Made by a program: the position numbers and the translations under genes. Positions 8,281 through 17,269 of a DNA stretch of 64,000 nt are shown here, piece by piece. The DNA is taken from IMG/VR virus record IMGVR_UViG_3300024346_000022, positions 1 through 64,000 of that record; one strand, written 5' to 3'. The notes below the pieces were generated by a model. It was not told the origin of the DNA and made no database searches. It saw only the letters and a list, made by a program, of their open reading frames with translations. The DNA comes from a virus. The stretch's first letter is position 1; each line of letters begins with the position of its first letter.

Positions 8281-11200
8281 TTATGAAGTTCTCATGATAT
8301 AGGCAAGAGCATAGTATGGTGGAAGATTTGCGTTGGTTGCCGAAGAACCTGCGGGGGCGATTGATACGGAGATGCCGGTCTCCGCCCCCTCGGTATCCTT
8401 TCCAAGTAATCCATAGTCGGAGAACTGTTTGACATTCCATTTTGCTATATTTGGATTATCGTCTCCTGCTGCCCCAACTGCATTCGCTTGAAACAAGTGA
8501 TCATGACCAGGATCAGTAACAGTTGGAGTATGACTGTGAGAAACCAAAGTAGCATCAGCATTACCACCGGTTGCTGCTACGGCATATCCACTTCCGGCAC
8601 CAACAATAAATCTGTTTTGTAGATTTGGTGTTCCATTAGTACCATTACATAATTGGTATCCAGTTGGAATAGATTCGGTACTTCCCGACCACATAATAAT
8701 TCCACCAATTGGAACTAATGCCGTTGTGAAATTTATTTTTGCAGTTGTTACCGCATTAGGAGCAATCTTTGCAGTTGTTACTGAAGTATCATCCAAAGTA
8801 GTAACTAATTCAACATTACCAGTTCCATTAAAAGAAACTGCGGGAGCATCAACAACTCCGGTAATAGTAAAGGTCCTTGAGGTTTGTAGTTGAGTTGCAG
8901 AACTAGCATTACCACTTAAAGCACCACTAAATGTAGTTGCTGTCAGGGTATTTGCATCAGCATTATAACTCAATCCAGAATCAATAAACGGACTTTGATT
9001 TCCTGTTGATTGATTTGCAACTAATACTACAGAAGTTGTAGTGTCTGATGATGTAGTGGCATAAATGTTTATATTAGTCGCATTAGTTGCAGTACCAGTT
9101 AAATCTCCGGTTACATTACCAGACGTACTACCGGTTATATTGCCGGTTATATTGCCGGTTACATTTAAATTTCCACCAACATTTAAGTTCTTGGCAACCC
9201 CAACACCACCGGATACAACCAGTGCCCCATTTGCGATAGATGTGGACTGTGTAGTATCACTTAATTTTAATTGTGTCTTAATATTTACCGAATTATTAAA
9301 TTTAACTTCTTTATTAAATGTTACGGGACCATCAAACTGGGAAAGAACAGCACCAGAATTACCACCCTCAACAACAAGTCGTTCTTTAACCGTGACCTCA
9401 TCAAATATGGCACTCAATCTCGAAGGGTCTTCACCTGTAACTGTTGGAATTGGATTATCAAATGTGATTTCCTCACCGGTTGCGGATGATGTCTTGCGGT
9501 TGCCAATAAAGGAATCTCCATTATTATTCATACCGGTATAAACGACAATACCACCGGACCTTTCTTGAGACTGTACCAAGAACTCTTCTCTTTCGGTCAG
9601 AGTTATGCTCTGAACCTGAGGCAATCCGGTTGAATAGTTTCCCGGACCATATCCAAGATACTCAAAGGTATGCCCGGATGCTCTGACAATTGAAGGTCTT
9701 CTAAACTCAATTGGAATTGGTCTAATCTTTCTAATTAATGACCCACTATCGTGAGATACTTGTCTTGTTGCTAGAACACCACGAATGACCGTAATTTCAT
9801 TATTACCACCACCAGTTAGAGTATTGGTTGCAACTCTCATAATCTCTTCGTCAATCTGAATATAAGACCCGAGTGGAAATCTCTTGGTGAATGCCACAGA
9901 ACCCACAGGACTTGATACGGCAATTGTGGTGATGTTGTCATTAATTGAACTATTGGTAACAAGTGTCTCTTTATCAAAAAATGTAACACTTCTGGTTCCA
10001 AGATTTTCGGCATCAGAATCAGAACTTGCACTATTTGCCGATAATCCGTGCTTCAGAATATATCCACCATTCACACTACCTATATCAGGTGTGAGTGCCG
10101 TAAATGTATTCAGACCAACTCTATCTTTTACAACATAATCACCACGATTGTTATTTGAGGAATCGATGACTCTAAACTTATTACCGGCGACCAATCCGTG
10201 AGGTGCGGAACAATTAAAGGTTCTTACACCAGAAGAATAACCGGTGGTTGTAATCGGAACCGAAGGTCCAAGAACAAAGGCATATTGTGTATTTGTAACA
10301 ACCGGATCTCCTGCGGTCTTCGCAATTGAGATTGTTCTATCTCCAGAAACTGCCGTAATGCGGTGATAGGTGTCAGAGGTTGTTCCGTCACCCGTAAACT
10401 GAACCACATTACCAATTGCCGGAGTAATACCGGATGTTTCAATCGTGTATCTGGCAAGATTATTACCTGTACCCACTACCGAAGCATCAAAGAATAATGG
10501 ACCGGCAGAATAACCAGAACCAGAAGAGACAATATCTACAGAAGAAATTCCACCCCCAGATACAACAACTCTTGCCGTTGCTCCTTTCCAGGTTCCAGTT
10601 CCAGAATCATTTAGAAGTTTGAGATTTTGGTATGTTCCATTTGTATATAAAGTGCCACCAGTTCTAGTTCCTGTAACAATACCAGCGAGTCCGTGCCTTC
10701 TTACAAAAGTGATTGTTGCACCAGAATCAGTTACACCAGAAATATCAAGTCCAACACCAAAAGATGTGAGTAAAGTATTGGTAGATTCTCTTGTAATACT
10801 CTTTTTAAGATCATTTGTGACTACTTCACCCAAAGGTGCTCGCTTGGCGAATGACTTAGCGGAAGGTGGATTGTCGTGAATATTATCTCTATCCAGTTGA
10901 GGATACAAATCAACGACATTTTGACTATATTTAATATTTGTAAACTCCGTTGGTACTGCCTTGTCGGAGATTAGAGCATAAATGTGATAGACACCATCCT
11001 GAATACCCTGAATATATGGAGTAATTAATTCATTTCTGTAATTGTAAATATTAGATTGTAAATTATTTCTTTCAAATCTTGGTGATAATATTGTTCTGCT
11101 GGTTGTGTCGTTCGTGAATGTAGTTCCAGGAGATCTTGTTGTGATATATGTAAATGTCATATCATCAGCAACAGACGCAACCGTAAAGGTTCCGTTATAA

Positions 11201-13830
11201 CCACGATCATCTTCTCCAGAGGTATTCGTACTGTCAATTACATTTTTAATAATAACACTATCACCAACCTGAAGATTATGAGGAAGTTCAGAAATAATTG
11301 TTACTGTGCTACCACTTCTGGTACACTTCGCAATTAGACTTAAGTTTTTATTGTATTCATAATCAAATTTTGTAATCACCGTAAGATTAGGATCAGTATC
11401 TGATCTAATTCCCGTAGAACTCGTCTGTTGAATTACAAATCCGTCTTCTGGATTTTTAGCACCACCGAGTTCTTTTGGAATTACAACTCTAATTTTATAG
11501 AGTTTTTCATCCAAACTTCTACTATCGGCAATTCTCTTCACATAAGAAGGATCTGTTCTGTCAGTTAATCCCGCAACTCCAAGTGTGGTAATTGCACCAT
11601 AGATACCACTACCGGCATTTGTTGTGATATACCACTGGGTTCCATCATACTGGACTGGATGCCCAACATCACCGGCAATCTTGTCTGATACTCGACTCAA
11701 AATACGAAGAGATGTTCCTCCATAGACGGCAATTTCGGTTCCGTTTAGTGCGGCAGTGACAGATGATGCGAGTTTAATTTTAGTAGAAGAAGATATAATT
11801 GCATAATAAACAGTATTTTCTACAATATTTTCAGGTAGGTCACCAACATCACTCAAGATAATAACTTTTTCTCCCGTTTGGATATTATGAGTTCCTAAAG
11901 TAAACTCATTTGATGATGATGGACTACCAGTTACTGTATATTCTTTGACAGAACTTGAGATATCATCGGTCATTAAAATATTTGCCGAGTATTCTGTTCC
12001 GTTTGCGACAAAATACAATTTATCACCAACTTTTGCGCCAATTCTATATCCTTGAGTGAGAATTGGGGGAACATCATCTTGAGAAGTGAATCCAAAGAGA
12101 TATAGTCTTCTATTGTTTGCGACAGATATTGTCTTGGCAACATCGAATTGAATCCAATCAATATTGTCCTCTTCTCCTACAATTGTTCTTGGAGTAATAA
12201 TTGAGGTAATAAACGCTTTGTCATCTTTGGCAAATGCTTCTTTCTTAAATCCAGAAGAATTAAGTGAAATCTGCCCGAAGTTGGAGTTTGAGTTCGTGAT
12301 ACTCAAATCGGCACCACTTTCCGCATCAAAGTGCTTATTAAAACCAATCGCAAAGACGGATACAACCTGAATAAAGGCATCATTAGTCGCTTTTATATGA
12401 CTCGCTTCCCATCCACTTCTATAAATTGAAAGTGGTTCCAAGTGATATGCCACACTGGTCGAAGACGAATTGCCAGATAAAGATGCCCCTGTTTGTCTGG
12501 TGATGGCAATGCCGTCTGAATAATTACGATTTGTGGGATTATATCTTACAAATGCACGATCATCCTTTTGTAGAGATACTCCGGTGAACTGTGCCACAAC
12601 CATCGAACGAAAACCTGATGCCTTACTGCCATCAGCAAGCATTCCATTCATACCATAAACGGAACGCAAGGAAATATTAAAGATGTATGGAGATGCTCCG
12701 GATACTGTATCAGTCTCGATTGTTACAAATCCACTCGATGCATTTCCGGGTGTGGTTAGATTGAGAGGAAAGTTTGGAAGAAGATATGTAAAAACAGTTG
12801 TGTCGGTATCACTGATACTCTGAACTTTTGTTGAGATATTATAATTTGCCGGAGAAACACCACTAATCCTAATTGGAGTTCCTGCGGTGAGTTCGTGAGG
12901 TACTGTCGTTTTAACAGTAACCTGACTATTTGGAGTTCCACCAGAACCAGCCTCAATAGTAAAAATCTTAATAGGATCTGCGGCAAAGGCACCCACAATC
13001 TCCCATTCTGGTCTCTGCTTCTCAAACCCACCGGGATTTTGTGGGTACTTTTGATCGATGTCTCTACCGGACGCAAGATTAAATGCGTTCGAGAGTTTCG
13101 CATAATACATATCAAGGTCAGTAAGACCATAAGGTCCGACCGTATTCACACCATCGGCATACTCAAAACAGGTGAGTTTGTGGTGAGAAAATGTTGGTGT
13201 TGATTGGTTATTGACTGAAAAATCAGTATGATCGGTATAGACTGTTCCTTCTGTGCTGCCATCAAAAATACAGAACTGCCAGAAATAACAGGCACCAGTA
13301 ATTCTAAAAATTGCCGAGGTTGGAACAGAAGAATCGGTTGGGTTGGGAACATATTTTGGACGAATTTTGGTCTTTCTTAAATCAAGACCGACAATCGAAG
13401 TTCCTCTGGGTACAACAACTCCACCATTCACACTATTGAACTTATAAAGAATATTATCGTCTTGTGTGAGGTCGAATACAGAATTGAGTGTGAGAGATAA
13501 TGTATCTATTGCTGCCGATGTTGCTCCGCTTGGTGATACTGCTGTCGCAACTCCTCCAACATTATGTACCACAAAACCGGGGCGATTATCAACCGTATGT
13601 GCTCCGGGCATCAGGAGAATTGTGGTCTTCTCTACATCATCATTACTATTTCCTTTCTGATAGGAAAATCTTGCCGACTCTAAAAGTGCTCGCTGCAGTG
13701 TGCGAAATGGAGACGCCAAAGAATTTCCTTGATTCGAGATTGAATCAGTTGCATCAAGATCACTAGGGGAAACATATAAAATTCTTCCTTCTGTGTTCTT
13801 TATAAAATTTTCAAGTTTATTTAATGGCAA
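8281..13830 (-). CDS. Large virion structural protein with C-terminal tail-collar-like domain (TTG start)
   Basis: PLNKLENFIKNTEGRILYV N-terminus typical of cyanomyovirus structural proteins; PIGGIIMWSG..IPTGYQLCNG..GTPNL...LPPYYALAYIM collar motif; late promoter at ~13861-13867. Confidence 0.8.
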   Translation of the reverse strand: MPLNKLENFIKNTEGRILYVSPSDLDATDSISNQGNSLASPFRTLQRALLESARFSYQKGNSNDDVEKTTILLMPGAHTVDNRPGFVVHNVGGVATAVSPSGATSAAIDTLSLTLNSVFDLTQDDNILYKFNSVNGGVVVPRGTSIVGLDLRKTKIRPKYVPNPTDSSVPTSAIFRITGACYFWQFCIFDGSTEGTVYTDHTDFSVNNQSTPTFSHHKLTCFEYADGVNTVGPYGLTDLDMYYAKLSNAFNLASGRDIDQKYPQNPGGFEKQRPEWEIVGAFAADPIKIFTIEAGSGGTPNSQVTVKTTVPHELTAGTPIRISGVSPANYNISTKVQSISDTDTTVFTYLLPNFPLNLTTPGNASSGFVTIETDTVSGASPYIFNISLRSVYGMNGMLADGSKASGFRSMVVAQFTGVSLQKDDRAFVRYNPTNRNYSDGIAITRQTGASLSGNSSSTSVAYHLEPLSIYRSGWEASHIKATNDAFIQVVSVFAIGFNKHFDAESGADLSITNSNSNFGQISLNSSGFKKEAFAKDDKAFITSIITPRTIVGEEDNIDWIQFDVAKTISVANNRRLYLFGFTSQDDVPPILTQGYRIGAKVGDKLYFVANGTEYSANILMTDDISSSVKEYTVTGSPSSSNEFTLGTHNIQTGEKVIILSDVGDLPENIVENTVYYAIISSSTKIKLASSVTAALNGTEIAVYGGTSLRILSRVSDKIAGDVGHPVQYDGTQWYITTNAGSGIYGAITTLGVAGLTDRTDPSYVKRIADSRSLDEKLYKIRVVIPKELGGAKNPEDGFVIQQTSSTGIRSDTDPNLTVITKFDYEYNKNLSLIAKCTRSGSTVTIISELPHNLQVGDSVIIKNVIDSTNTSGEDDRGYNGTFTVASVADDMTFTYITTRSPGTTFTNDTTSRTILSPRFERNNLQSNIYNYRNELITPYIQGIQDGVYHIYALISDKAVPTEFTNIKYSQNVVDLYPQLDRDNIHDNPPSAKSFAKRAPLGEVVTNDLKKSITRESTNTLLTSFGVGLDISGVTDSGATITFVRRHGLAGIVTGTRTGGTLYTNGTYQNLKLLNDSGTGTWKGATARVVVSGGGISSVDIVSSGSGYSAGPLFFDASVVGTGNNLARYTIETSGITPAIGNVVQFTGDGTTSDTYHRITAVSGDRTISIAKTAGDPVVTNTQYAFVLGPSVPITTTGYSSGVRTFNCSAPHGLVAGNKFRVIDSSNNNRGDYVVKDRVGLNTFTALTPDIGSVNGGYILKHGLSANSASSDSDAENLGTRSVTFFDKETLVTNSSINDNITTIAVSSPVGSVAFTKRFPLGSYIQIDEEIMRVATNTLTGGGNNEITVIRGVLATRQVSHDSGSLIRKIRPIPIEFRRPSIVRASGHTFEYLGYGPGNYSTGLPQVQSITLTEREEFLVQSQERSGGIVVYTGMNNNGDSFIGNRKTSSATGEEITFDNPIPTVTGEDPSRLSAIFDEVTVKERLVVEGGNSGAVLSQFDGPVTFNKEVKFNNSVNIKTQLKLSDTTQSTSIANGALVVSGGVGVAKNLNVGGNLNVTGNITGNITGSTSGNVTGDLTGTATNATNINIYATTSSDTTTSVVLVANQSTGNQSPFIDSGLSYNADANTLTATTFSGALSGNASSATQLQTSRTFTITGVVDAPAVSFNGTGNVELVTTLDDTSVTTAKIAPNAVTTAKINFTTALVPIGGIIMWSGSTESIPTGYQLCNGTNGTPNLQNRFIVGAGSGYAVAATGGNADATLVSHSHTPTVTDPGHDHLFQANAVGAAGDDNPNIAKWNVKQFSDYGLLGKDTEGAETGISVSIAPAGSSATNANLPPYYALAYIMRTS

Positions 13831-13863
13831 TTTTCTGTACCCTTAACTTCTTCTATGCTTTAT

Positions 13864-14172
13864 TTATGAAGATAAATCCTGTGGTATAAACTCATAATCC
13901 TCATCAGGAAGGTCTTGGGGATTTTCTAAATCCATCTCAAAGAGTAGTGGATGTGCTTCTTCGTCGATTAAGTAGAATGATTTTTGATAGAATATTTCTG
14001 GCGTATAAGTGAGTTGTAGTTCTGCTTTTTCAATTATTTCCGGATCATTTTGAGCGATTGCTGACAACTCATCGAAGGTAAAAGGAATACTATTGATGTG
14101 ATATGTTTTTATAATGAATGTGTCCTCTGGAGTCTTATACAAATTATAAGAATGTGTTATTTTATAAGACAT
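13864..14172 (-). CDS. Conserved hypothetical protein
   Basis: 102-aa acidic ORF with ATAAATA upstream. Confidence 0.65.
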   Translation of the reverse strand: MSYKITHSYNLYKTPEDTFIIKTYHINSIPFTFDELSAIAQNDPEIIEKAELQLTYTPEIFYQKSFYLIDEEAHPLLFEMDLENPQDLPDEDYEFIPQDLSS

Positions 14173-14202
14173 TTTGATATTATCGATATCTTATATTTAT
14201 TT

Positions 14203-14265
14203 TTACTTACAAACTCTACCTTTTTTATATTCTTCTGGTATTATGTTTTCTTCTTTCTTTATAAA
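14203..14265 (-). pseudogene. Probable C-terminal remnant of a homing endonuclease
   Basis: Start-less frame FIKKEENIIPEEYKKGRVCK* abuts the tRNA-Leu 3' end; resembles the P.GW..GR tail of the endonuclease at 63541. Confidence 0.4.
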
Positions 14266-14561
14266 TGTCGATAGACGGCCTCGAACCGACAAGGGCTGTG
14301 CCCGACAGATTTTCGTCACACTATAGTTTTCACTACCAAACCATAAGATTTGTTTGTGCGCTGGACTTTCTCTTTTCCATATCCATAATGGATTTAGGAA
14401 CCACCTATTAAGTCTCTACACCTTCATCTTGCGATGCTTGGCTCGGGATTGCCATTTTAAAGGTTTCCCCGAATTTAAGTGGATTCACACATAGAGTTTC
14501 CTACTATGGTGCTCAATTAACGCAAAAGTCTGTTGTGTTTACCAAATTTCACCATATCGAC
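14266..14561 (-). tRNA. trnL: tRNA-Leu(UAA), intron-split (exons 14561-14526 and 14313-14266)
   Basis: Acceptor GTCGATA/TATCGAC; spliced anticodon arm ACAGA-CTTAAAA-TCTGT; long variable arm; GGTTCGAG T-loop; no encoded CCA. Confidence 0.9.
14314..14525 (-). ncRNA. Group I intron (trnL-UAA type, IC3-like), 212 nt, no ORF
   Basis: Inserted after U34. Has AATTGAGC near the 5' end, AAATTCGGGGAAACCT (P), GGCAATCCCGAGCCAA (Q), GTGTAGAGACT (R), GAGAAAGTCCA (S) and a terminal G. Confidence 0.88.
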
Positions 14562-14570
14562 AATAAGACT

Positions 14571-14599
14571 ATTATAACTCAAAGAGTCCTAATAGTCAA
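14571..14599 (-). promoter_or_regulatory. Sigma70-type promoter for tRNA-Leu
   Basis: TTGACT-17bp-TATAAT embedded in the inverted repeat gactatta...taatagtc. Confidence 0.75.
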
Positions 14600-14600
14600 T

Positions 14601-14674
14601 TGCTCGCCGTGGGAATCTAACCCACCTTCGGAAAATTATGAGTTTTCTGCATTCAAACAGATTGCTAGACGAGC
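14601..14674 (-). tRNA. tRNA with CAU anticodon (elongator Met or Ile2)
   Basis: Cloverleaf: acceptor GCTCGTC/GGCGAGC, anticodon arm GAAAA-CTCATAA-TTTTC, T arm GTGGG-TTAGATT-CCCAC. Confidence 0.8.
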
Positions 14675-14697
14675 ATAAAACTCCACATAAAGTGGAA

Positions 14698-14785
14698 TAC
14701 GAGTGGATGGTTACGATCCATCTCAAAGGCCCTGATCTGGGGCAAAGAATTTATAAGATTCCCCTGACTACCAAGTCTCACTCGC
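14698..14785 (-). tRNA. Non-canonical tRNA-like RNA, UAU anticodon, long variable arm
   Basis: Acceptor GCGAGTG/CACTCGT; anticodon arm GGAAT-CTTATAA-ATTCT; variable hairpin GCCC..GGGC; T arm GATGG-ATCGTAA-CCATC. Confidence 0.65.
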
Positions 14786-14834
14786 ATAAAAAGTTGCCTT
14801 GAAGCAACTTATAAGACTCATAGGTTGCCTTGAC

Positions 14835-15017
14835 TCAACAACCTTCTTCGTGGTCGGTGTGTATTCGTATAAGGTCGTCTTCTTCCTCATACTCACCATA
14901 AGGAATTAACATAGCATCTCCGTTTTCGCTTTTAATCAAGAAGGACTCACCATTCTCTACTCTTTCTAGTAGATTATCAAAATCTTCTTGAAATTCTTCT
15001 ACCGTAAACATTTCCAT
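14835..15017 (-). CDS. Phd/YefM antitoxin-like small protein
   Basis: TVEEFQEDFDNLLERVENGESFLIKSENGDAMLIP fits the Phd N-terminal pattern; acidic tail. Confidence 0.5.
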   Translation of the reverse strand: MEMFTVEEFQEDFDNLLERVENGESFLIKSENGDAMLIPYGEYEEEDDLIRIHTDHEEGC

Positions 15018-15020
15018 TTG

Positions 15021-15206
15021 TCAAAGAGGACTAGTATATGCGAGGCAATCATCACTTACCTGATTGCGAACAACTTCCAGTACATTCATAAACTGGTTCA
15101 TACTTTGACACTCAACGGTTCGTTCGCCACCTTCACTTGAGTAAAGATAAAACTTACGAGCAAGAGTATCAACGACACATCGGGTCAGGACTTCTTCAGC
15201 GGGCAT
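15021..15206 (-). CDS. Conserved cyanophage hypothetical protein
   Basis: 61-aa ORF behind a consensus promoter. Confidence 0.65.
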   Translation of the reverse strand: MPAEEVLTRCVVDTLARKFYLYSSEGGERTVECQSMNQFMNVLEVVRNQVSDDCLAYTSPL

Positions 15207-15234
15207 CAGGAGCGGTTTTTTTGATTACCTTGAT

Positions 15235-15263
15235 ATTATAGGGCATTCTGGGGCAGGTGTCAA
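15235..15263 (-). promoter_or_regulatory. Consensus sigma70 promoter
   Basis: TTGACA-17bp-TATAAT. Confidence 0.8.
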
Positions 15264-15799
15264 GGGGTTTTGTGATTTATATTTTTTGTGTACCAAGTTG
15301 CCATAGTATATCTTTTTCCACTCAATATTTCCGTTACACCATGAATATGTTTTGCTCCTGATGTAAAAATCACTAATTTTCCGGGTTTGGGAGTGATACT
15401 ATAATTATAATCTCGGAAATAAGTTTCTCCACCAGTAAAATCATCATTCAAATATAAGACAGAAGAATAATCACGATTTGAAGAATAATGTGGTTTTTGT
15501 GGGTCATCAATCCAAAAATTGTCGGCATGGGGTTCCAATTTCATTCCAATTCCCCAATAAACAAGATTTGTAAATTCGAGGAATATATTTTTTTCCTCAT
15601 AAAATTTCATACAACTATTGATTATTCTTTGATGAATGGTATTTGTCAAATCTTTAATGATTTGATCGTAAGAAGTAACAATTCTACTATCCCAAAATCC
15701 ATTAGACATGTCATTTGGTGAATGACTTTCTTGATAATTTATCAAGAGTTTACATTCATCAAGAGTTATAAAATTATCTTGTTCGAATATTTGTTCCAT
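15260..15799 (-). CDS. 2OG-Fe(II) oxygenase, prolyl-4-hydroxylase-like
   Basis: HAD...SSVLYLNDDFTGGET.F...HGVTEILSGKRY facial triad and 2OG-binding motifs. Confidence 0.88.
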   Translation of the reverse strand: MEQIFEQDNFITLDECKLLINYQESHSPNDMSNGFWDSRIVTSYDQIIKDLTNTIHQRIINSCMKFYEEKNIFLEFTNLVYWGIGMKLEPHADNFWIDDPQKPHYSSNRDYSSVLYLNDDFTGGETYFRDYNYSITPKPGKLVIFTSGAKHIHGVTEILSGKRYTMATWYTKNINHKTP

Positions 15800-15804
15800 A
15801 AAAA

Positions 15805-16401
15805 TTAAGCACTTGTGTCATTCACATAATACCAGGTGACTGCGACCCGCTTTTTACCACTTAATACCTTTTGCCCCGAATGGGGAAAGCACCAATTTGA
15901 TGGGAAAAATAATCCATATCCCGGAGAAGGTTTATATGTTTGATGAGGAAATTCTGTACCTCCACCATCAAAAGAATCATTTAGGTACAAAACAATAGTT
16001 ATGATTCTATGATACTCCTTTGAGTTTGGATCATTTGAAGTATCGTGATGAAAATTATATTCTTGATTTGAATGATATTCCAAGACTTGAATTGATTCTC
16101 TATAACAAGTAGTACTATATCCTGCAGGAACCGGATAGTGCTGAAACATACTGTTAATCGAAATCACTTTTTCTTTATAAGTTAAAAGAGATTCATTAAT
16201 TTTTTGATGAAGAAGTTTGGTTGCGTCGTGTTCTTCATTCATCGTTGTTCCAAGACTTGACCTTACAGATGCATCTATTCTAGATTTTCCATTAGAATCA
16301 AAAACTGTATTTTCTTGAAAAATTAAAGTATCAATATATTCATTAATAATTTTTAGTTCTTCTTCAGTAAGAACTTTAATAGTTTGAATTAAGTCGTTCA
16401 T
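15805..16401 (-). CDS. 2OG-Fe(II) oxygenase, prolyl-4-hydroxylase-like
   Basis: VRSS, ESIQVLEY, HHD, RIITIVLYLND.FDGGGTEF, PHSGQKVLSGKKRVAVTW. Confidence 0.88.
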   Translation of the reverse strand: MNDLIQTIKVLTEEELKIINEYIDTLIFQENTVFDSNGKSRIDASVRSSLGTTMNEEHDATKLLHQKINESLLTYKEKVISINSMFQHYPVPAGYSTTCYRESIQVLEYHSNQEYNFHHDTSNDPNSKEYHRIITIVLYLNDSFDGGGTEFPHQTYKPSPGYGLFFPSNWCFPHSGQKVLSGKKRVAVTWYYVNDTSA

Positions 16402-16436
16402 TATGATAAATTATCAAAAATTTAATAGAAATTCTT

Positions 16437-16895
16437 CTATGGAGCAACAGGCCAAACTGGATTTTTGGGGTCTTCGGTGTTTTCTGGCAAATCTCGAAGT
16501 TCCTGACGATAAGATTGCCAAGAGACTTTTTGTTCTTCTGCAAATGGAGCATCAGAAACTTGCGTCCAATCAGATTGAGTGAGTTTTTGATTTCTTAAAG
16601 ACCTCATTTCTTCCCAGTAATCTCTTGATGCTTCTATTGCTTCTTCTCGTGCTTTCTGTTCATCTTCAATTCTTTTCAGTTCATTATTAAAGTCTATAAC
16701 TGCCTGTTGATATATTCCAAGTTCTTCTATTCTTTCATTTGGCGAACCATCTGTATATTCTACTTCTCCCCGAGTATCATACCACTGAACGGCATGAATA
16801 TTTTCAGGAACCCAAGACATATCTTGTTGAATACTTAATAAAAACTCTCCATCAATACCAATTGTTTTATCGGATGGGACAATTGTAATTCTCAT
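16437..16895 (-). CDS. Tail fibre assembly chaperone-like protein
   Basis: WEEMRSLRNQKLTQSDWTQVSDAP...WQSYRQELRDLP...PVWPVAP motif. Confidence 0.8.
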   Translation of the reverse strand: MRITIVPSDKTIGIDGEFLLSIQQDMSWVPENIHAVQWYDTRGEVEYTDGSPNERIEELGIYQQAVIDFNNELKRIEDEQKAREEAIEASRDYWEEMRSLRNQKLTQSDWTQVSDAPFAEEQKVSWQSYRQELRDLPENTEDPKNPVWPVAP

Positions 16896-17224
16896 TATTC
16901 TTTACCTTCTTCTAACATATTTAGAGTAGTGATTTGTGCCGGGATAATTCCTTGCCGAAGTGCCTGAATGTAAAGTTGTTGATTTTGTTGATTTGCTTTC
17001 ACAACTTCATTCCTGAAAGACTCAACAGCAGCACCAGTTTGATTAGATTTTTGTGCTATCTCCACTGCCATAATAGGCATCCAAGTTACGGCACATCCCC
17101 ATTCATCTACTGGTTCTCCGGTATTTGGGTTTGTTCCTCGCATTTGAGTAAACCAAGAACATTTAAGTCCTATACAATCTTTTTTAATAAGAGGGCAGAA
17201 ATCGCCTGGTTTTATTTGTGCCAT
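16895..17224 (-). CDS. Cys-containing hypothetical protein, fibre-associated
   Basis: CPLIKKDCIGLKCSWF...WGCAVTW...QTGAAVESFRNEVVK; lies between the fibre and chaperone genes. Confidence 0.65.
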   Translation of the reverse strand: MAQIKPGDFCPLIKKDCIGLKCSWFTQMRGTNPNTGEPVDEWGCAVTWMPIMAVEIAQKSNQTGAAVESFRNEVVKANQQNQQLYIQALRQGIIPAQITTLNMLEEGKE

Positions 17225-17240
17225 GGTTAATTAAAATTAT

Positions 17241-17269
17241 ATTATAGCACAATTAATTCTTTCTGGCAA
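17241..17269 (-). promoter_or_regulatory. Sigma70-type promoter for the chaperone/oxygenase genes
   Basis: TTGCCA-17bp-TATAAT overlapping the end of the fibre gene. Confidence 0.6.

Noticed and set aside
13828-13830. TTG start of the 1849-aa gene as a sign of pseudogenisation
   Set aside because: The frame is intact and has a late promoter; TTG is a valid start codon.
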